Shown here one piece after another: positions 8,391 through 16,565 of a stretch of 29,042 bases of DNA. This stretch comes from Thermodesulfobacteriota bacterium (GTDB taxonomy: Bacteria; Desulfobacterota; Thermodesulfobacteria; Thermodesulfobacteriales; Thermodesulfatatoraceae): NCBI GenBank assembly GCA_013154385.1, contig JAADCO010000007.1, positions 1 to 29,042 on the forward strand. Direction: 5' to 3'. How positions within the stretch are numbered: position 1 is the stretch's first letter; every line of letters starts with the position of its first letter. The position numbers were made by a program, and so were the translations under genes. The notes beneath the pieces are model-generated. The model did no database searches and was not told the origin of the DNA. It saw only the letters and a program-made list of their open reading frames with translations.

Positions 8391-9424
8391 GGCTCCACGA
8401 CCACCTGGGCCTCGCCTTCCTCGACGTAGCCGATCTCCGCGGCTTCAAAGACCCCTTTTTCCAGCAGTTTCTCGAAGAAGCGCGGGGCCCTTTCCTCGGG
8501 CACGCTGACCAGCAAGCCTCCGGAGGTCTGGGCGTCGTAGAAGAGAAAGACCCTCTCTTCCGGCACGCCGGGAAGGATGCGGACCTTCTTCTCGCAGAAC
8601 CTGATGTTCTCGTAGTCTCCCTCGGGGATGATGCCCAGGCGGGCAAAACCCAGGGCCTCCTTGATCACCGGGACCTTGCCGGCGGAGATCACCAGCTTCA
8701 CGCCGCTTGCCTCGGCCATCTCCAGGGCGTGCCCCAGGAGCCCGAAACCCGTGACGTCGGTGGCCGCGCTGACCCCCACCTCCTCCATGGCCTCGGCCGC
8801 CGCGCGGTTGAGCGTGGCCATGATCTCCATGGCCCGCCGGGCCGCGGCCTCGTCAGCCACACCGCCCTTCACGGCCGTGGCGATGATCCCCGTGCCCAGG
8901 GGTTTGGTGAGGAAGAGCCGGTCTCCGGGCCTTGCACCGGCGTTGGTGAGATAGCGCTCCGGATGCACGACCCCCACCACGGAGAGGCCGTACTTGATCT
9001 CCCGGTCGTCCACGCTGTGGCCTCCGGCGAGCACGGCCCCGGCTTCGCGCACTTTCTCCGCCCCGCCGCGCAGGATCTCCCGGAGGATGTCCTTGTCCAG
9101 GCCCTTCTTGGGGAAGCAGACGATGTTGAGCGCAAGCACGGGTCGTCCGCCCATGGCGTAAACGTCGGAAAGGGAGTTGGCCGCGGCGATCTGACCGAAC
9201 CAGTAGGGATCGTCCACGATGGGGGTGAAGAAATCGAGCGTGCAGACCAGAGCCAGGTCCTCCCGCAACCGATAGATGGCCGCATCCGCCGAGCCCTCGA
9301 ACCCCACGAGGAGATTGGGGTCTTCAAAGTGCGGAAGACTCTTGAGTATCTCCACCAGCTCCGCTGGCGGCAGCTTGGACGCTCAACCCGCGGCCTTTAC
9401 GGTTTCCGTAAGCCTCGTCTTCAC
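8387..9424 (-). CDS. selD: Selenide, water dikinase (selenophosphate synthetase), selenocysteine-containing (UGA at 9385-9383 = Sec14)
   Basis: Body motifs DFFTPIVDDPY, ANSLSDVYAMGG, GGHS, TDVTGFGLLGH, DAQTSGGLL. Upstream of the track's start, the same frame reads GTG(9424) K T R L T E T V K A A G [TGA] A S K L P P A E L V E I L, which places UGA at the catalytic Cys/Sec position with Lys at +3. 345 aa if recoded. Confidence 0.92.
9352..9385 (-). promoter_or_regulatory. Bacterial SECIS element downstream of the selD UGA
   Basis: UGA, 12 nt, then hairpin CCGCCAGC-GGA-GCUGGUGG (8 bp including one G-U; 9370-9352). The apical loop starts with G about 21 nt after the UGA. Confidence 0.75.
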
Positions 9425-9455
9425 GATTCGGGCCCCCAAACCTTGTTTTTTCTCG

Positions 9456-9484
9456 AACCTAACGATAAAAGGATCAAAGTCCAA
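9456..9484 (-). promoter_or_regulatory. Candidate sigma70 promoter for selD
   Basis: Minus strand TTGGAC (9484-9479), 17 bp, TAGGTT (9461-9456), in the AT-rich divergent intergenic region upstream of the GTG at 9424. Confidence 0.4.
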
Positions 9485-9504
9485 GTTTCTGGGGCGGGGA
9501 GTAG

Positions 9505-11829
9505 ATGAACAACCTGAAGATCCTCGATCTCGTCAATCGTCTCTTTGCCTCCCGGTATCATCTCCCCCTGGATACCTTTCTCGCCGAACTGGGAGAAATC
9601 TTCAAGCTGAAACGCGCCGCGGTCTACTACAACCGGCTCGACCATCGCTGGCAACTGGTGGCCCACCGCATCTGCTCCTGGGAACGGGAAGACGGCCTAA
9701 ACGCCTTCCCCGACACCATAGACTATCAGCAGGTCTCTCCCGGCCTGGAAACGAAGGTCCCCGAGGGGCCGCTGCGCCTCGAACCGCTGGAGATCGAGGC
9801 CCTCGGCTTTGTCGAGGAGACCCAGGACACATTCTACGTCCTCCCCCTCTTCGAGGGCAAATGGTGGGCCGGCATCATCCTCCTCGACTTCGGAAGGAGG
9901 GAGCCTACGGAAGAGGAGCTAGCCCTCCTCAGGAAGCTCGCCGAGAGCCTCTCCCTGGCCCTCAAGCGCCAGAAGCGGGAAGGCGAGTTCCTCGACGTCA
10001 GCCGGGTCTTTCAGGAACTGCTGAACCACATGCCGGACATCGTGCTCCTGGTGGACGCCACGGGGCGGTGGTTGCTCGCCAACCGAAACCTCCTGAACCT
10101 CCTCCAGTTCAAGCGGGACATCTACCACGGCCTCAACTTCCGCCAGATCGCCGAGCTGCGCCCCGGGTTCCGGCCGCTCCTCGACAAGCTCGCCCATCTT
10201 CACCAAAAGGCCGTAAGGCAGGAGACCACCCTCAAGGAGATCGTCTCCTTCCGCCGCGGGGAAAAACGCTTCTGGTGGGAGTTTTGCTTCATCTTCTTCC
10301 ATTGCGACGAGGAGAAGCGCGTCCTCATCCTGGGCCGGGACATCACCTCCCTCAAGCTGGCCCAGGAGCGGCTCCTCACCATCCTCGAGAACCTTCCGGT
10401 CATGGTCTACGTGGTGCACCCGGTAAGCGGCCGCATCCTCTATCACAACTCCTACTTCCGCGAATACTTCGGCGACCGGCTGGTGGGCAAGGAGCCCTGC
10501 TATCGCGTGCTCTTCGGCCAGGAGGCCCCCTGCGGTTTCTGCCGGCTCCGAGAGGCCCGGGTCGGGCTCAAGGAAGTGCGCGAGTTCTTCGACCGACGCC
10601 GGGGACGATGGCTCCGGAGCCACGAGGTCTACATCCCCTGGCTCGACGAAAGCCTCGTGCGCCTCGGCATGATGGAGGACGTCACCCAGTTCAAACACCA
10701 CGAAGAAGAGCTCATCCGCTCCCAGAAGATGGAAATCCTCGGCAAGATGACCGGAAACGTGGCCCACGAGTTCAACAACATCCTGGCCATCGTCGGGGGC
10801 TATCTGGACCTCCTCCGCCTGCGCGTGCAGGAGGACGAAAAGATCTCGCTCTATCTCGACCGCATTCAGAAGGCCGTGGAGTCCGGCTCGAAGATGATCA
10901 AACAGCTCCTCATCCTCTCGCGCGGCCGGGTGGAAGAGCACACCGGGGGCTACACCGAACTCAACAGCGCCATCCAGGAGCAGATAGATCTCATCCGCAA
11001 GTTTCTCGGGGAAAAGATCGAACTCGAAACCAGTTTCTGCGAGGACCCCCTGCCCGTGAGGCTCTCCTTCGAAGAGGTGCAGCACATCTTGACCAATCTC
11101 ATCATCAACGCGCGGGACGCCATGCCCTACGGGGGGAAGCTCACCATCGAGACCCGGCGCGTGGAGACCACGGACCGCGGGCCCTGCGCCATTCTGCGCG
11201 TATCCGATACCGGGCAAGGAATTTCACAAGAGGCCCTTGCCCATATCTTTGAGCCCTTTTACACTACGAAAGCCCCAGGCGAGGGTTCGGGCCTGGGGTT
11301 GAATATTATTCTTTCCCTGGTAAAACGCGCGGGGGGGGAAATTAAGGTTGAAAGCGAGCTCAAAAGGGGTACTACTTTTGAGATTCTCCTTCCACTGGAA
11401 AAAGAAGTAAGGGAGGACGGCCAGAAAGATCTCCCACGGTCGTCAATAGAGGGACCCAAAGTGACAAAACAACGTATCCTCATCGTGGAGGACGAACCCC
11501 ATATTCGCGAAATGCTCGCCGAAATGCTGGAGGGTCAAAACTTCGAAGTAGTCACCGCAGGAAATGGAGAAGAAGCCCTCAACTGGCTTCGCGAAAACGA
11601 CTATCAGGTGGACCTCATCATCACCGACGTGGTCATGCCCAGGATGGACGGCGTGGAGCTCTACCGCCGCCTCCAGCGGGAAGCCCCCCATCTCATCATC
11701 ATCTTCATCTCCGGCTACGCCGAGCACGTGCTCAAGAAATACGGCTTCGACGAAAAGTCCTTCCGCATCCTGAAAAAGCCCTTCACCTTCCGTCAGCTCC
11801 TCGAAGAGATCAAGAAAGTCCTCGACTAA
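9505..11829 (+). CDS. Cytoplasmic hybrid sensor histidine kinase/response regulator (GAF-PAS-PAS-HisKA-HATPase-REC)
   Basis: H-box VAHEFNNIL, N-box NLIINARDAM, G1 VSDTGQGI, F/G2 FEPFYTTK..GSGLGL, receiver LIVEDE / DLIITDVVMPRMDG / ISGY / KPF. No transmembrane segment seen. GAF and PAS assignments are by pattern only. Confidence 0.92.
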   Translation: MNNLKILDLVNRLFASRYHLPLDTFLAELGEIFKLKRAAVYYNRLDHRWQLVAHRICSWEREDGLNAFPDTIDYQQVSPGLETKVPEGPLRLEPLEIEALGFVEETQDTFYVLPLFEGKWWAGIILLDFGRREPTEEELALLRKLAESLSLALKRQKREGEFLDVSRVFQELLNHMPDIVLLVDATGRWLLANRNLLNLLQFKRDIYHGLNFRQIAELRPGFRPLLDKLAHLHQKAVRQETTLKEIVSFRRGEKRFWWEFCFIFFHCDEEKRVLILGRDITSLKLAQERLLTILENLPVMVYVVHPVSGRILYHNSYFREYFGDRLVGKEPCYRVLFGQEAPCGFCRLREARVGLKEVREFFDRRRGRWLRSHEVYIPWLDESLVRLGMMEDVTQFKHHEEELIRSQKMEILGKMTGNVAHEFNNILAIVGGYLDLLRLRVQEDEKISLYLDRIQKAVESGSKMIKQLLILSRGRVEEHTGGYTELNSAIQEQIDLIRKFLGEKIELETSFCEDPLPVRLSFEEVQHILTNLIINARDAMPYGGKLTIETRRVETTDRGPCAILRVSDTGQGISQEALAHIFEPFYTTKAPGEGSGLGLNIILSLVKRAGGEIKVESELKRGTTFEILLPLEKEVREDGQKDLPRSSIEGPKVTKQRILIVEDEPHIREMLAEMLEGQNFEVVTAGNGEEALNWLRENDYQVDLIITDVVMPRMDGVELYRRLQREAPHLIIIFISGYAEHVLKKYGFDEKSFRILKKPFTFRQLLEEIKKVLD

Positions 11830-12191
11830 TCCTTCTTTTTGGTCACCACCAGCTCCGTACGACTCACGTAACCGCCCTTGACCGGTTTCCGCTGCTGGAG
11901 GGCATCCGCCAGCCTGGAGACGCGCTCGGTCTTCACGTATTGCTTGGCCTTTTCCAGGAAGCGCTTGGCCTCGCCCACCTTCCCGTCCACCAGATAGTCG
12001 CGGGCGCGCTTCAGGATGGCCTGCTCCCTCTCGCTCCGGAAGGAAGCGGCGTCGGTGAACCCGAAGATCGAGGGAAGCTTCATGACCCGCTCCTCCCCGC
12101 AACGCGGACAGGGCGGCCAGGGTTCGTCCACCTTTAGGATGCGCTCGAAGATCTCCCCGCAGATCTCGCAACGAAATTCGTAGATGGGCAT
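11826..12191 (-). CDS. FmdB-family zinc-ribbon protein
   Basis: MPIYEFRCEICG...CPRCG signature; AAGGAGG RBS before ATG 12191. Confidence 0.88.
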   Translation of the reverse strand: MPIYEFRCEICGEIFERILKVDEPWPPCPRCGEERVMKLPSIFGFTDAASFRSEREQAILKRARDYLVDGKVGEAKRFLEKAKQYVKTERVSRLADALQQRKPVKGGYVSRTELVVTKKKD

Positions 12192-12228
12192 GGACGCCTC
12201 CTTCGAACTTCGTCTGGCCAAAGTTTAG

Positions 12229-13230
12229 CTAGGCAAACTCTTCCTTCAACTTGCGGGAAAGAAGCGACTGCGCCATCTCGAGCGGGCTCTCCTCGTGATA
12301 GAGGACCCGATAGACGGCCTCGGTGATGGGCATCTCCACCCCGTGGCGCCGGGCCAGCTCCCTGGCGGAGACCGTGGTGCGCACCCCTTCGGCCACCTGG
12401 CGAATATCGCGCAGGATGTCCTTGAGCTTCTCGCCGCGGCCCAGACGCAAGCCCACGGTGCGGTTGCGGGAAAGGGCCCCGGTGCAGGTGAGCACCAGGT
12501 CCCCCAGACCGGCGAGCCCGGAGAACGTGAGGGGATTGGCCCCAAGCCTCACCCCCAGCCGGGAGATCTCGGCCAGACCGCGCGTGATGAGGGCGGCCCG
12601 CGCGTTCAATCCCAAACCGAGACCGTCGGAGATGCCCACGGCAATGGCGATCACGTTCTTGAGCGCCCCGGCCAGCTCCACCCCCAGGACGTCGAGGCTC
12701 AGATAGGCCCGAAAGTAGCCCGTGGAAAAGAGATGCTGCACGGATTCAGCTATCTCCCGCCGATAGCCTGCCACCGTCACCGCGGTGGGGCGCTCCTGAG
12801 CCACTTCCTCGGCAAAGCTCGGCCCGGAAAGAACGACCACCGGAAACCCGGGAAGCTCCTCCTCGAGGAGCTGACTCATGGTGAGAAGCGTCTCCTCCTC
12901 AAGGCCCTTGATGGTGGAGACCAGGGGCTTGGGAGGACCGAGATGGGGACGCAGGGAGCGCACGGTCTCCCGCAAGGCGTGGGAAGGAACGGCCAGGACG
13001 ACGATCTCCGCCCCTTCGAGGGCCTCGGGGGCCTCGAGGGTGGCCTCAAGCTTCGGAGAAAGTTCTATCTTCGGCAGATAGAAGGGGTTTTCGTGACGCC
13101 GATTGATGGCCTCCACCACCTCCGGCCTGCGGGCCAGAAGGTGCACGCGCTCTCCCTTCTTCGCCAGGAGATTGGCGAGAGCCGTACCCCAGCTACCCGC
13201 GCCGATGACCGCAATCTTCACGCTGGACAA
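12229..13230 (-). CDS. gpsA: NAD(P)H-dependent glycerol-3-phosphate dehydrogenase
   Basis: IGAGSWGTALA, LSGPSFA, GALKNVIAIA, GLAGLGDLVLTC, SRN, AEGV; TTG start with GGAGG RBS. Confidence 0.95.
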   Translation of the reverse strand: MSSVKIAVIGAGSWGTALANLLAKKGERVHLLARRPEVVEAINRRHENPFYLPKIELSPKLEATLEAPEALEGAEIVVLAVPSHALRETVRSLRPHLGPPKPLVSTIKGLEEETLLTMSQLLEEELPGFPVVVLSGPSFAEEVAQERPTAVTVAGYRREIAESVQHLFSTGYFRAYLSLDVLGVELAGALKNVIAIAVGISDGLGLGLNARAALITRGLAEISRLGVRLGANPLTFSGLAGLGDLVLTCTGALSRNRTVGLRLGRGEKLKDILRDIRQVAEGVRTTVSARELARRHGVEMPITEAVYRVLYHEESPLEMAQSLLSRKLKEEFA

Positions 13231-13283
13231 GCCTCCCTCAATTGTTCACTATGGTTTTTAGGCCGTTGTCAGGAGGAAAGCAA

Positions 13284-14051
13284 GTGAAGAGAGGCCCCAT
13301 CGTCCTCCTCACGGATTTCGGGCTGAAGGACCACTACGTCGGGGTGATGAAGGGGGTCATTGCCGATCTCGCCCCGGAGGCCCGGGTCATTGATCTCCTG
13401 CACGAGGTCCCCCCGCAGGACGTCTTCGCCGGGGCCTTTCATCTGTGGACCTCGTATCGCTATTTCCCCGCGGGGAGCATCTTCGTGGCGGTGGTTGATC
13501 CCGGGGTGGGCACCAAGCGCCGCGGGCTCCTGCTCGAGGCGCACGACCGCTTCTTCATCGGACCGGACAACGGCCTCTTCACCCTTGTCCTCGACGAAAC
13601 CGAAGACTTCCGCGCCTTTTCCCTGGAAAACAGCCGGTTCTTCCTCCCCAAGGTGAGCCACACCTTTCACGGGCGGGACGTCTTCGCCCCCTGCGCGGCG
13701 CATCTCTTCCGGGGAGAAGATCCCGAGGAATTCGGGCCGCCGGTCCGCGATCCGGTCCGTCTTCCCGTGCCGCCGCTGCGCGAGGAACCGCAGCGCCTGA
13801 TAGGCACCGTGATCCACGTGGATCGCTTCGGAAACCTGATAACCAACATCCCCGCCGCGCGCCTCCCCCGTCCCCCGAAGGCCGTGATCTTTCGCGGAGA
13901 AAGGATCCCCTTCCGGCGCACCTACGGCGAAGCCCCTCCGGGCACGCCCCTGGCCCTGGTGGACAGCGACGGTCTCCTGGAGATCGCCGTCTCCGGTGGC
14001 TCGGCGTATGAGAGATTCGGTCGGGAAGGAGAAGTGGTGGTTGAATTCTGA
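13284..14051 (+). CDS. SAM hydrolase / SAM hydroxide adenosyltransferase (DUF62, fluorinase/chlorinase superfamily)
   Basis: LLTDFG..D.YVGVMKG, VVDPGVGTKR, GPDNG, TFHGRDVFAP, HVDRFGNLITN, LEIAVSGGSA. Start set at GTG 13284 behind AGGAGG. Confidence 0.9.
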   Translation: MKRGPIVLLTDFGLKDHYVGVMKGVIADLAPEARVIDLLHEVPPQDVFAGAFHLWTSYRYFPAGSIFVAVVDPGVGTKRRGLLLEAHDRFFIGPDNGLFTLVLDETEDFRAFSLENSRFFLPKVSHTFHGRDVFAPCAAHLFRGEDPEEFGPPVRDPVRLPVPPLREEPQRLIGTVIHVDRFGNLITNIPAARLPRPPKAVIFRGERIPFRRTYGEAPPGTPLALVDSDGLLEIAVSGGSAYERFGREGEVVVEF

Positions 14052-14757
14052 GTTCACGCGGGAGACCTTCCGAGACCTCGTCCTCTATCAGCCGCGCACG
14101 GGTTACCGGTTCTCCGTGGACGCCTTTTTGCTGGCGGATTTCGTGCCCTTAAAGCCCGGGGCCCGCGTGCTCGAGCTGGGGGCCGGCTGCGGCGTGGTGA
14201 GCCTGCTTCTGGCCAGACGCGAGGAACGGGCCCGTTTCTTCGGCCTCGAGATCCAGGACCGCCTCGTACGTTGCCTGGCGCAAAACATACGGGTGAACCG
14301 CCTCGAGGAAAGGGTCTTTGCCGTGCGGGGGGACCTGCGCCTCCCTCCCTTTCGTCCGGAGAGCTTCGACGTGGTGGTGACCAACCCGCCCTTCTATCCC
14401 GTGGGCCGCGGACGCCTGTCGCCGGACGAGGAAGAGAGGATCGCGCGCCACGAGATCCTCGCCACCCTCCCCCAGGTCATCCGCAGTGCAGGCCGTCTCC
14501 TCAAGCACCGGGGGGTCCTCGTGATCATCTATCCGGCGACCAGGCTGGCCGAACTCATGGTTTGCCTGAAGGAGCACCGGCTGGAACCCAAGGGCCTGCA
14601 GATGATCCATTCCTATCCGGGAGACGAGGGAAGGCTCGTGCGCCTGCGGGCCAGCAAGGGAGGCGGTGCGGAACTGCGGATAGAGCCGCCCTTTTTCATC
14701 TATCAGGCCCCGGGTGGGCCCTATACCCCCGAGGCCGAAGCCCTCTTCGTGCCTTGA
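14041..14757 (+). CDS. SAM-dependent methyltransferase, tRNA1(Val) A37 N6-methyltransferase-like (YfiC/TrmN6 family)
   Basis: YQPRTGYRFSVDAFLL, LELGAGCG, VTNPPFY, ARHE. Start inferred at TTG 14041 (GGAG upstream; 11-bp overlap with the DUF62 gene). Confidence 0.85.
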   Translation: MNSEFTRETFRDLVLYQPRTGYRFSVDAFLLADFVPLKPGARVLELGAGCGVVSLLLARREERARFFGLEIQDRLVRCLAQNIRVNRLEERVFAVRGDLRLPPFRPESFDVVVTNPPFYPVGRGRLSPDEEERIARHEILATLPQVIRSAGRLLKHRGVLVIIYPATRLAELMVCLKEHRLEPKGLQMIHSYPGDEGRLVRLRASKGGGAELRIEPPFFIYQAPGGPYTPEAEALFVP

Positions 14758-15184
14758 GGAGCAGGGTGAGGCGCAGGCGCTTGAAGGCCTCGCGGAGCTC
14801 CGGGTCCTCGATGACCGCGACCTCCTTCTCCACCCGGGAGAGGAGCTCCGGGCTGGGTTGAGGGAGCTTGCGGGAGGAAGACCGGGGCCGGGGGATACCG
14901 CCGCGGCTCAACACCAGACGCAGACCCTTGAAGAGCCGCTCCCCGGCCGCCTGGTTGAGACGGGCAAGGAGCCTCTTTTCCTCAAACCGCAGGCGCTGCA
15001 TCCAGAGGGAGTCTTCCACCTCGAGGATCAGGGTGCCGCGGGAAAACCCGCGCGGTCTGGTGGCCCGCGCCAGGCCCTCTCCCACGATCTCCTCCCAGCG
15101 GGAGAGGACCTTCATGGCCTTCAGCCTCTCCTGCCACGCAGGCACGGGAAAGGCGCGGGAAACGATCTGCCCGAAGGATTCCAT
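14696..15184 (-). CDS. dciA: DUF721/DciA-family protein (putative replicative helicase loader)
   Basis: WEEIVGEGLARATRP...GTLILEVEDSLWMQRL...LLARLN pattern, then a basic/helical tail; TGATG-coupled to PMM/PGM. Confidence 0.75.
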   Translation of the reverse strand: MESFGQIVSRAFPVPAWQERLKAMKVLSRWEEIVGEGLARATRPRGFSRGTLILEVEDSLWMQRLRFEEKRLLARLNQAAGERLFKGLRLVLSRGGIPRPRSSSRKLPQPSPELLSRVEKEVAVIEDPELREAFKRLRLTLLLKARRGLRPRGYRAHPGPDR

Positions 15185-16551
15185 CAGACCTCCTTCTTGA
15201 CCTCCTCGAGGAGGCCCTCGATCAGGCGGCGGATCTCCTCGAGGCGCTTCTCGTCCCGGGCTTCGAAACGCAGGACCAGCACCGGCTGGGTGTTGGAAGC
15301 GCGCACCAGGCCCCAGCCGTCTTCAAACACCACCCTGGCCCCGTCTATGTCTATGACCTTGTAGCCCATGGCCTTCAGGCGCTCGGTAAGACGCCGCACG
15401 ATCTCGAACTTCTTTTCGTCCGGGCATTCGATGCGGATCTCCGGCGTGGAGACCATCTTCGGGAGGTCCTTGAGCATCTCGGAAAGCGGCACGTCGGAGG
15501 CCGAGACGATCTCCGCGAGACGCAGGGAGGCGTAGACCGCGTCGTCGAAACCGAAGTAGCGGTCGGCAAAGAAGATGTGGCCGCTCATCTCCCCGGCGAG
15601 AAGGGCCTTTTCCTCCTTCATCTTCTTCTTGATGAGGGAGTGGCCGGTCTTCCACATGATGGGCCGGCCGCCGAGTCTCGCGATCTCGTCGTACATCACC
15701 TGGGAGCACTTGACCTCCCCGATGATGGTGGCCCCGGGGTGCTCCTTGAGGATCTCGCGGGCGAAGATGATGAGGAGCTGGTCGCCCCAGAGGATGTTCC
15801 CCTTGTCATCCACCACCCCGATGCGGTCCCCGTCTCCGTCGTAGCCCACGCCGAATTCCGCCCCCTGCTCCACCACGGTCTTCCGCAGGTCGGCGAGGTT
15901 CTCCTCCACCACGGGATCCGGGAAGTGGTGCGGAAAGGTGCCGTCCACCTCGCAGTAGAGGGCGATGACCTCGCAACCGTGGGCCTTGAAGGCGTCGGGA
16001 GCCGTAAGCGCCGTCACGCCGTTTCCGCAGTCAAGGGCCACCTTGAGCGGCCGCTTGAGATGGATGTTCTCCTTGAGAAAGGCCTTGTACTTCGGAAGGA
16101 TGTCGAGGGTCTCCTTCTCGCCCTTGCCGGTCTCGAAGTCCTCGGCCTCGATGAGCTTGCGCAGCTCCTGAATGTCGGGCCCGTAGATCGTCTCCTGCCC
16201 CACGCAGATCTTGAACCCGTTGAACTCCGGCGGATTGTGGGAACCCGTGACCTGAATGCCCCCGTCGAGGCCCTCCACGGTGAAGAGGGAGAAATACATC
16301 ACCGGCGTGGGAGTGACGCCGATGTCCATCACCGAGACCCCGGTGGAGAGGATGCCGCGAATGAGGGCTTCCTGGAGCTTGGGGCCGGAGAGGCGACCGT
16401 CGCGCCCGCAGACCACCTTCTTGCCGTTGCGACGGCGGCGAATCATCGTGCCGTAGGCCTTGCCGATGGCCTCCGCCACCTCCTCGGTGAGGTCCACGTC
16501 CACCCGACCACGGATGTCGTACTCGCGAAAAATGAGCGGATTGACCTTCAT
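15184..16551 (-). CDS. Phosphomannomutase/phosphoglucomutase (AlgC-type)
   Basis: IFREYDIRG, TGSHNP (phospho-Ser), DGDGDR metal loop, GEMSGH, GLVRASNT. True start ATG 16551 with GAGGAGG; the track's 155-aa extension is spurious. Confidence 0.95.
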   Translation of the reverse strand: MKVNPLIFREYDIRGRVDVDLTEEVAEAIGKAYGTMIRRRRNGKKVVCGRDGRLSGPKLQEALIRGILSTGVSVMDIGVTPTPVMYFSLFTVEGLDGGIQVTGSHNPPEFNGFKICVGQETIYGPDIQELRKLIEAEDFETGKGEKETLDILPKYKAFLKENIHLKRPLKVALDCGNGVTALTAPDAFKAHGCEVIALYCEVDGTFPHHFPDPVVEENLADLRKTVVEQGAEFGVGYDGDGDRIGVVDDKGNILWGDQLLIIFAREILKEHPGATIIGEVKCSQVMYDEIARLGGRPIMWKTGHSLIKKKMKEEKALLAGEMSGHIFFADRYFGFDDAVYASLRLAEIVSASDVPLSEMLKDLPKMVSTPEIRIECPDEKKFEIVRRLTERLKAMGYKVIDIDGARVVFEDGWGLVRASNTQPVLVLRFEARDEKRLEEIRRLIEGLLEEVKKEV

Positions 16552-16565
16552 TCGCCACCTCCTCG

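Noticed and set aside
8387-9355. selD as an N-terminally truncated gene or pseudogene
   Set aside because: The single in-frame stop is TGA at exactly the catalytic Cys/Sec position with a SECIS-like hairpin, and the rest of the gene is intact.
9276-11252. 658-aa plus-strand alternative-frame ORF and 432-aa minus-strand ORF (9919..11217) over the kinase
   Set aside because: R/P/G/A-rich off-frame or antisense reads with no domains; the kinase frame explains the sequence.
11271-11300. Inverted repeat AGCCCCAGGC...GCCTGGGGTT inside the kinase
   Set aside because: It coincides with the Gly/Pro-rich G2 box codons (APGEGSGLG) and has no U-tract; probably incidental.
11331-11338. G8 homopolymer in the kinase, and G7 at 21204-21210 before the VanZ gene, as phase-variation tracts
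   Set aside because: The runs are short for slippage switches in a GC-rich genome. The G8 encodes the usual Gly-Gly of the HATPase and the frame is intact.
13284-14051. DUF62 gene as a fluorinase/chlorinase
   Set aside because: It has the Asp/Arg/His pattern of SAM hydrolases and there is no halometabolite cluster nearby.
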